From NCBI RefSeq assembly GCF_009914755.1, contig NC_060925.1: 64,000 bases of DNA, one strand, 5' to 3'. A program made the position numbers and the translations under genes. The first letter of the stretch is position 1, and each line of letters begins with the position of its first letter. Shown here piece by piece: positions 54,420 through 64,000 of the stretch. Origin of the DNA: the human T2T-CHM13v2.0 reference genome, Homo sapiens. The notes under the pieces are model-generated. The model saw only the letters and a program-made list of their open reading frames with translations. It was not told the DNA's origin and made no database searches.

Positions 54420-55520
54420 AAGTTCAGTAAAGAAGCCAGATACACAATGAATATATAAAAAGCAGTAGCTTTCTGAAAAACAAAAATTAATCAGAAAATA
54501 TAATGTGAAAATATCCTACCCTTAATAGCTATAATATTAAATTTATAGCTATTATGTTAAAATTTAAAAATAATACTAGTAAGGAAGTATGCCAGATTTA
54601 GATGAAGAAATGTTTGCATTTTTATACCTACTAAGGAAATGTGCAGTATTTATGCAACAAAACTCTACCAAGTGACATACTATATGTGATGAGAGACACA
54701 CACTATTCCTGAAAGTGCAGTTTTAAAACAGAAAAGCTATCATATACTTCCAAATTTATTTCAAGTTTAATACAGTTTCAATCAATATCTCTAAGGAGGT
54801 ATTCTCATCCACAATATAAATTGTGGTCAATTTATATTACTAAACATGTAAAAATAATCCCAATTTTATATGAACTATAATAAATTATGCAGATATAAAT
54901 CTTATATAACATTATCAATCTCTGATTATCTCTGGATAGTGACCATTAAGAGTAACTTTTTAAATTTCATCAAGGCATGTAGATTTTTGTTTGGTTGGTT
55001 GGTTGCTTGGTTGGTTGGTTGCTTGGTTGGTTGATTTCTCTGATTTGGTGGAGAATGTGGATAAATAAGGAATTAGCTGGGTTTTCAGTTTTGTTTCTGT
55101 TGGAATTTAACAAAATGATTCCAAAGTCCAACTAGAAAAACAAACTATGGCTATTAATCAATACATTTTTTATAACAGCAATAAAGGAAAACTTGAATAT
55201 ATCTAATTGGTAAATGATCTAAACTATGCAGTATTGGTACCAGAATCAATAGTTAGAGAAACTATACAGATAACCTGCAACCAGACCCTAATGTACATTT
55301 TTAAAAATTAGTAAGTAATAAAAGTTTCATACTAAGTCAATAGGAAAGAATTATTTGATAAAACTTCAGATACATAGTTAAAAATTTAGAAAAACAATTA
55401 CTCAGCATCTATGATGAATCAAAATAAATTCAGCTGAATTATGGTCATTTTTTAAAAGAAAATATGGATGAATAATTATTGAGTCTTAGATGATAAATAA
55501 TATTAAAAACATAAAAAACT
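54420..55520 (+). mobile_element. Highly degraded L1ME-type ORF2 fragments, with a (TTGG)n repeat at ~54988-55033
   Basis: aaaagcagtagctttct; acaaaatgattccaaag; gtattggtaccagaat; aaaataaattc. Confidence 0.45.
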
Positions 55521-56128
55521 TAATAAATGTTATTATTAAAACCGTCTTAACCTTCATCATCTGCAGATCTTAAAATAATTAAGCAATAAAAAATAGTGTG
55601 AGTTTTAAACGCTTTGTTTTTAGTCATCAACTGCTACCACCTAGACCTATTCCTTGTCTAAATACCACATTCCTTGTCTGGATGCAATTCACTCTACAAC
55701 TTTGCTAGGGATTAATCCGTAATTTCACCAGTCTTTAAATATTCATCATTCACCTCTTTGCCTCTTCAAAAAAACTGGGTCATTTGCCACTTTCAGTCTT
55801 CTGGTATCTTTTCACCTCATCCAAGATTCCAAAGAGGTTACTTAACAATATTTTTCTGTCATGTCTATAAATTTTTCTACCCCCTGAAATGAAACCCATC
55901 AGAGACTGAAGACTAGAGCAGCTCTGTCTTCAATGCTGTATTTCCTCTTCAGCTTTGATTTCGCTTTAGACATTTTTGTTCTACCCTTTTGAGGATCAAG
56001 ATTATTCTCCTTAATCAAAAATATGAAATTAAAGTAGAAACGGAATCATATTTTATCTCTGTCATTTTGATATTACGCTATGTATCTCAGCAGTCATCTT
56101 GTGCCTTTATCTTTTTGTTCTCAGCATA

Positions 56129-56159
56129 ACACACACGCACACACACACACACACACGCA
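56129..56159. repeat. (CA)n microsatellite, interrupted
   Basis: acacacacgcacacacacacacacacacgca. Confidence 0.9.
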
Positions 56160-57229
56160 TGCACTTTTTGTGCCCTCAGTGTTTTCATGTTTCACATCTC
56201 ATCACCCTGAATTTTTACCTTATTTACACTATTACAAGGTGTCACCATCTTATCTTTATTCTTGGTTGTGTGAGCTTATTGGGAAACTCTCAGTGATAGC
56301 AAATGATTTGGTTTTATTTTTTTAAATAGTAGCTCTCTTTTCTTCTTACCCGACATCATTTTTAATTTTGTGTCCATGTTTCCATTCGTAAATTGCCCAT
56401 GCCTTATAATCTATCTTCCCTCTTGAAATTTTTGCTCCATTTTCAATAATTTTTTTAAGAATGTTTCTCAAGAATGGTAAAATATACTTTTACTGAAATC
56501 TGGTAAACTTCTAATTATGCCCTGGATTCTTTCCTAAGAACACTGTTAGCACGTCTCTTTTTTTTCAAAGTTACCATTATTTGCACACCACCAACTCTGC
56601 ATTGTTGGTAGTACTTAAATTCAAATAAGCAGTTTCCGCTAGTGTTCTTTTCAGACCTAAGCAATGAAAATATCAGCAAAGCTAATCATGAAGTTATAAG
56701 ATTATCAGCTTCTAGAAAAATGAATCTGAAAACATTCAACTATTTTAATTCTTCAATCATTGCACTAACTTGCCCCTTCCAATTGTTTCAATTGGTTTAG
56801 AAAAAACACCTATACCCTCTTTCTAGTCAAGTATATGATGGCTTCTGTTTTTCTTTACTTTTATCCTTGCCTAAATGCCCACAACCATGCTTTTCTTTTG
56901 TAGAGTTAGTGAGAACTAAAAAGAGCCCAGGACTGAGAATTAAGAAGATCTTCTTACTAGTCTTGGCCCTGCTACTAAATACCTTTCTAAGCAAGCCACT
57001 TAACCTCTTAAGGTTTCAAACTCTAATATGTAAAATGAAGCATTTGGACCGTAGGATCACTAGATCTCTCACAACTTGCAATATCATGACTCAGTGGTTG
57101 CCCTTTGTGCTCCCCGCAATCTGTTTATTTGAAATAACACGGTTCATTCATTGCTCCTTTCAGTTATGTGGCCAAATTCACCAAGTCCTATTACAAATAA
57201 TATCAGACTGATCCAAAATAAACTTCCAT

Positions 57230-58200
57230 GTGGGTTCCCCTTCTCCTATACCCATTAAATGTAGGTGCTTCATGGAGGCTCTCCTTAGCCTCCTTTTCTT
57301 TTCATAAAAAATGTCTCTCATCATGCTCTCATCTATCCCTTTCAAAACTCACACATCTTTATCTCTAGCTCTGATTCTTCATCTCTCTCCATCCAACATT
57401 CCAACTGCCTAGCAGATAATTCTACCTATTTGGCCCAAGGACATCTCAAACTTGGCGAATCCATCATCTTTTTTTCCAAACTCTTCCTTCTCCTGATACT
57501 CCTCTGTCTATGCGTCATTCTGCTCTCTCGTCAGTTTCCTGAACATAAGAGCCTGCATTCCATCTGACACTTTCCTTTTCCTCAATGATATGTCATCAGT
57601 TGCCAAGTCCTGACAATTCTAACTCCTTGCTAACTCTGACATCCCTGCCCTCTGCTCCTTCTTGTTCAAGCTCTCATGGCCTTATGTATGAGTTGTGCAG
57701 TGGCCTAACTGAGTGTCCTCTTCGTGTTCTCTCCTTTCCATAGCTATTACACAATGAGGCCATATTCAACTTCTGAAAACATGCTTTTAACTCTATCATT
57801 CTTCTTCCCCTGAAAACTTTTTATTGCTCCTTATCTCAATATGTAAATAAATTCTGAACCCTTTGTCATGCCATTCAGTATTAGCTACTGAAAATCTATC
57901 CTCACCTGGTTGTTCTTAACTTCCTGCCACTCCCTATATGGTAACTTAGATTCCAGACTTGCTGTTCTAAATAATGTCCCACATTTTTTAGAATTTGTTC
58001 ACATCAAGCCCTTGACTTGAATGCCCTTTCTCCATACTCCCCAGCCTCACTGTAACTACCCAAAATATTCCACTCAGATGCTACTCCAAAGCTTCTGTTA
58101 ATGACATCAGCTAGGAACAACCTCTCCCTGTCTCCCCTCAACCTGCATCATACATTACTAATGCCTTAGCGATAACATGTATTACTACTAAAGTTGTTAT
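57230..58200 (+). mobile_element. L2, degraded
   Basis: atccaacattccaactgcct..catctcaaactt..cagttgccaagtcctg. Confidence 0.55.
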
Positions 58201-58208
58201 TACATGTT

Positions 58209-58520
58209 GGCTGGCACAGTGGCTCAAGCCTGTAATCCCAGCACTTTGGGAGGCCAAGGCGAGCGGATCACTTGAGCCCAGGATTTCAAGATCAGCCTGG
58301 CCAACATGGCAAAACTCCATCATCTCTACTAAAAATACAAAAATTACCCGGGCATGGTGGGGCATGCCTGTAACCTCATCTACTTGGGAGGCTTAGGCAC
58401 AAGAATCACTTGAGACCAGGAGGCAGAGGTTGTAGTGAGTTAAGATTGTGCCACTACACTCCAGCCTAGATGATGGTGCAAGACTCTGTCTCAAAAAAAA
58501 AAAAAAAGAAAAAAGAAAAA
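58209..58520 (+). mobile_element. Alu (S/J)
   Basis: Full dimer; TSD tattacatgt. Confidence 0.92.
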
Positions 58521-58580
58521 CTATTACATGTAATAACTTTATTTCTCAGACTATAGTTACTTACACAAATGACTTTCTTT

Positions 58581-59158
<578 letters not shown>

Positions 59159-60454
59159 TCACATCTGTCAAATAATTTTTAAACACTGCACAACTCCTAA
59201 TATCATCTTGAATATAGCATTTGCACATAAGTAGCTAAGTATTGAATAAATCAATAATCAAACAACTCAGGATCAATTCTGCCTTCCTGACAGGACTAGG
59301 CATATTAGAATTTAGCACATTGTTAATCAATAATATAACTAAAATACTTACTTATACTCTTAAGCATTGTGCTGACTTTTATCAAATATGTGATTGTGTT
59401 AATATCATTGGATCATATTAATAGATGGTCACAATAACTATAGTTGTACAAGGCGAATAAATTAATTTTCAAAATAATTAAGAGATAACCTTTAACAGGT
59501 TGAAATTTCTGGGCGTCAGTTGCTAAAATAGGCTGTCAGATGGCTAAAAATCTAGGTAAATGTCCATTGAACAAAAAGTCAAGGTAGTTGGACATTGAGA
59601 AATAAGCAACAATATGTTATTCATAATGGTTACATTAATAACCAGTAATGTCTGATGTGCCAGGTTGCAACAGCTATCTATAGAAGTGCTCCAGGTTCTG
59701 GGGAAATTTAGGGAAGCAGGTGGCATTTCACATTTATTTGCTCCAATGAAAAACTGGGAAGAAATTAGCTGACTATGATAACTTTTGGTATACTAGCAAT
59801 CGAGCTAGATAAACATCTTAAGGTTGACTTATAGTTTATTCTGCTATACTGAAACTAAGTTATTGTCATATTATTTTTCATTAATGCTAACAGAGTTCAA
59901 TGAAATTTGGCAAAGGAACAATAACTCTGCTGATGAATATCTTATGAGGAAAAAGTATGCCTATCTTAAAATAGGATCATGCCTATAAACATTATGAAAT
60001 TTCCTTCCTACCTACCTAGACTGATATAAGAGAGGCATCATATTACCCCTGAGTGACAAAACATTAGTATTCCCTAGCAACCCTTGTATAAGCCTGGTGT
60101 TGCCAAAACACTTCGGATGGCATGCCTCTACTCACAGATTCAATTGCCTGATTACTAACCCCAAGATGAAACTAGCCCAAATGGCAAACCAGCCCAAACT
60201 GGCAATGAGCAGGGGTGGGGAGGCATTGCTGGGTTCAGCAATCCTGTCCACCCCACAAAACATGCTCTTCTCTATGGGCTTTTCACGGAGAGCTAGCTGC
60301 AGCACCAGCATCTAGGGAGCTAAAAATGTGCTCCCTGCTAATGAGAGGTCACACTCAGTGCTTGTTGTCCTAGTGCTGCCTCCTGGCCACAGTACTTCAT
60401 GAGGGAGAAGAAAAAGGAAGAAACTGTGACCAGCTTGATTAACTTTCCACTCCA

Positions 60455-60680
60455 GGGAATGGCACAGTGAATTGGCTAGGAGTGTGGAGGCTGACTTCAG
60501 ACTGCCTGGGTTCAAATCCTGGCTCCGACAATTGTCAGATGAAACTTGGATGAGTTAATTTCCCCTAAATTTCCATTTCCTTTTTTCAAATGGAAATTAG
60601 CATAGTATCTCTTTGTTATGACAAGTATTAAGTAAAATTGTGCCTGAAAAATATTGCCAAAATGTTTGGCACAATGAATT
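60455..60680 (+). mobile_element. MIR
   Basis: tcagactgcctgggttcaaatcctggctcc. Confidence 0.8.
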
Positions 60681-60877
60681 TAAAGTACAATTAATATTTG
60701 CTCAAATAACAACCTCTAGAGAGAGTGAAGAATTGACTCACAGAGGCTTTCAGAGTTTTTGTTACTAATGGCCAGATTTCATCCAAAGAAAGAAGTGATT
60801 CTCAAGATCCATGCCTGTTGCCTAGCTATTTTTTTTTCAAAAGAAATACTTACGAAATTTTAAAAGTAAGCTGATAT

Positions 60878-61095
60878 AGCCTGAGTCACATAGTGAGACC
60901 CTGTCTCAACAAAACACCAAAAAATTATCCAGGCATGGTAGTATGCGCCTGTAGTCCCAGTTACTCAGGAAGCTAAGGCAGGAGGATTGTTTGAGCCCAG
61001 GATGTCAAGGCTACAGTGAGCCATGATTGTGCCACTGCACTCCAGCCTGGGCAACAAACAACAGAATAAGACCTTATCTCAATAATAAAAATAAT
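60878..61095 (+). mobile_element. 5'-truncated AluJ
   Basis: catagtgagaccctgtctc..ggaggattgtttgagcccagga; TSD taagctgat. Confidence 0.85.
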
Positions 61096-61599
61096 AAGCT
61101 GATGAAGTCATATATTCTCCTTACATGCAAAGAGAAACACAGCATACAGTTGGAGAGCAATATGTTGCTTTTCTTCAACAAATGTACCTGAAATTACACA
61201 TCAAAAAAGAGTTTTTATCTTCAAAATAGTCACATCAGGGAACCCATGCACTTATATATCAATAATGCACTTACATCAATAATGCTGCCAAACATTTTTG
61301 GATCTCCTTCTTCTAAATTACCTTTACAGCTTACTTCTTTTGGATGTCTTCATTGGCAACAAAATTTTATCCTTTGGGAGTTTTTAATTTTGAAAGCAGA
61401 TTTAAAACCAACACTTATGAATAAGATGGAGAAGAATGTCACCTCTGATCAAAAATGAGGAAATAAAGACCTTTTTGCGTAACTAGTCAAATGTCTCAAA
61501 CAATTCCAGGGAATCTCTAAAACATTTCAAGCTAATGAAAGCACTGTCAGATTTAATGTGTTGCTTTCTATGTGATTAACAAGTTATATATTTATTTAT

Positions 61600-61835
61600 T
61601 TAATGTTATTAAATACCTCTAGAGCACTGTGACGAGTACTGTTCTAGAAACTTTTACATATATCAGTTATTTAGTGCTCACATCTTATGAAGTAGGTGCT
61701 CTCAGTATCCTCGTTTTACAGATGAGGTCATTGAGGCACAGAGAAGTTAAGGATTTTGTCCCAAGACACAGAGCTAGTAAGTGGAGGAGGCAAAAGTCAA
61801 ACCCAGGCTGTCTACTTAGTATATTTGCTATATTT
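61600..61835 (-). mobile_element. MIR
   Basis: cgttttacagatgaggtcattgaggcacagagaagttaagg..cccaagacacagagctagtaagtgg. Confidence 0.85.
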
Positions 61836-62506
61836 TCTTAAAAGTACAACCTTTTTGTATCAGTAGTTATGCTTTCTGGGTTGTCCGAGGTAATGTAATT
61901 TAAACTTGGTGAAAGATACAACATATCTTCATGAGTTTTGTTTTACCTGAGCTAAAAGCCTTCTTAGTGTTAAGAAGCACTATCTAAACTATTTTCCTCT
62001 ATCTTCCCATAGCAGGCTATGCAAGGAGGAAACAGTCCCAATTTCCAACTTCCTAGTTTTCTAACGATCCATAGGTTGACCTGTTTTTCCACATAAGGAG
62101 TCCTTTCACCCAGAGGCTTCTTCAACCTTGGACCAGGATCAGTCTCTCTTCTCACGATGTTTCCTCACACCTATTTCACAACTTGTCTCTTTACAATTCA
62201 CTTTTTCTATTACATCACTCAGTAGGTCAATCTTGCTAGACTAATGGGGAAGAAGGAAAAGGGGAGTGAAGAAGGATGTTTAAGCCCTCTTTGAAAAAGT
62301 GCCTTTTCATATTCTTTCCCATAAGGAAAATGCTTCAAATGTCTCACTTCGCTCTCCTTTGCTTTGAAATAGGAGTTTCCAAAGCAGCTTCACACCAATG
62401 CCAAAAAAATATCAGTAACGGGCCATTCAGATAGTGACAACAACCCCAAGGAAACATAATTAAGCAAATTTTAAAAATAAAATATACTGGAACTTTTTTA
62501 TTTCAG

Positions 62507-62587
62507 GATAAAAGAAAAATACAGGAAGAAATCTCACAGAAGCGTCTGAAAATAGAGGAAGACAAACTAAAGCACCAGCATTTGAAG
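62507..62587 (+). CDS. PALMD: PALMD coding exon 2: DKRKIQEEISQKRLKIEEDKLKHQHLK (paralemmin coiled-coil region)
   Basis: Acceptor tttttatttcag|G at 62506; 81-nt open exon, phase 0-0; donor AAG|gtaatt at 62588. The charged helical peptide is typical of the paralemmin N-terminal domain. Confidence 0.93.
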
Positions 62588-63739
62588 GTAATTTATGGCT
62601 TTAATTTCATTTCAATGATTTTGTATTCAAAAATTCTATTGGTACTCAAATTTCAATAGTAAAAAAGCTTTAGGAAAGAAAAAAATTTCAAGATAGTTTG
62701 ACTAACATTGTAATAACCATAGGGGAGGCCAACAAGCTAGTAACATTTGCATATGAGATTAATACCTTCTAGCAAACATGTGCAAAGTTGAACACATGGT
62801 TTTATTACTTTTATCCTTTATAACTGAGTTTCCCAATTTTCTTGAGCAACCTTGAGAATTCAGCCTTGAGAATTTGGCCCTGCTCGCAGTCTTGCTTAAC
62901 ATCCCTAGGGAGTGGATCCAGCTAGGAAGTGCCTTTTGAAATCAATGAAAGGCCAGTCATTCCCCCGGGGGTGCAGAACAGTGTCTGGCCTGGTCAAGGA
63001 TGCTTGTATTTAAAAGTTCAGTGCAATGAGTCCAATGTTGTTTGAGTATGCTTCGGGTTTTTGTTTTATTTTGTTTTGACAGAACATGAGATCATAACCA
63101 GAAATAACTTTCCATGTTTAAAATCAGATTTTACATCTTTCACTGGGTGTGGCCATTTTGTAATTAAAGCACATTGAGTTTCAACATTTTATTACTTAGC
63201 TTAGTGACAGGATGCAAGCAAATAACAAACAGCAGCTCCTTGTGAAAAGGCCCAAGCAGGAAACTACTTATCTGACAGGGCTGCTATCAATAGATTTAAT
63301 GAATCCCCTTAATGATACAAAGCTGCACACTCAAGGGGTCTACAAATTTAAGTTAAACTTGCTGAATGCAACTGACTTCATTTTTCTAATGGAACAAGTA
63401 CCTGCCTCTGAAAAGAAACATAATTTAAGATTCCAATTAGCCTCATTCTCTGGATTCTGTTTGCTTCTTTGCTTCTAAACAAGTTGACATTTCCGATGTT
63501 TGATGGATAATTTCAAAGCACAGTTAGTCTGCTCCCCTTCCAATATGTCACATTGAATTTACATGAGTAGTATACATAGTCAAGAAATGTAGTGTGTACT
63601 CCTAGGAAATCAATGAAATTTAAAAAAAAAAAGTTCCAAGTTGTTCCAGTGCAATTCAAATGAAGTCAACAGTCAAATCTAGAAAGTTTTTTAGATAGGC
63701 CATTTCTCACTCCAAAACCAGAGGTCATTTGCTCTCCTT

Positions 63740-63811
63740 TCCTCTCTCTCTCTCTCACACACACACACTTGCACAATTTACACACACACAATCACACACA
63801 CAATACACACA
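63740..63811. repeat. (TC)n-(CA)n compound low-complexity repeat
   Basis: ctctctctctctcacacacacacac...cacacacaca. Confidence 0.75.
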
Positions 63812-64000
63812 ATCTGGATCTCCCAATGAACTACTTCCTGCCTCTGAGTAAAATGATAGCTCTCTAGCTATCCTTGAGAATGGGCAATTGTTATCCTTGC
63901 AGAATGGGTAGCCACAAAACAGTGGAGCTCACAGTAGAAGAGAAGATTTAAATATCCCCTTAGTTCGTTCTAGAAGTAAGTTTCGCATGAGAAGCCTGAC

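Overview
Primate genomic DNA, most likely human (AluY/S/J, L1, L2, MIR, THE1, MLT1, MER41, MER91 repeats; AT-rich; CpG-depleted). About 46 kb of repeat-rich upstream sequence is followed by the promoter, first coding exon (MEEAELVKGRLQAIT), a 15.9-kb intron 1 and second coding exon (DKRKIQEEISQKRLKIEEDKLKHQHLK) of PALMD (palmdelphin, paralemmin family) on the + strand. The gene continues beyond the window. None of the supplied six-frame ORFs is a real gene: they derive from Alu, L1, simple repeats or chance. The most notable unexplained structures are (i) a ~140-bp-arm inverted repeat at 20.5-21.1 kb that I cannot assign to a transposon, with perfectly identical outer 40 bp; (ii) a MER41B LTR that appears L1-retroposed (poly-A tail plus 15-bp TSD) and keeps a GAS/BCL6-type motif ~13 kb upstream of PALMD; (iii) a uORF whose stop codon lies 1 nt before the PALMD start codon, plus a strong internal splice acceptor in the 5' leader; (iv) a fold-back, apparently templated insertion inside a MER91A; and (v) an (AAAGG)6(AAAAG)11 Alu-tail repeat in intron 1. 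I see no evidence of a wholly novel protein-coding system. Repeat subfamily calls and boundaries were made by eye and are approximate.
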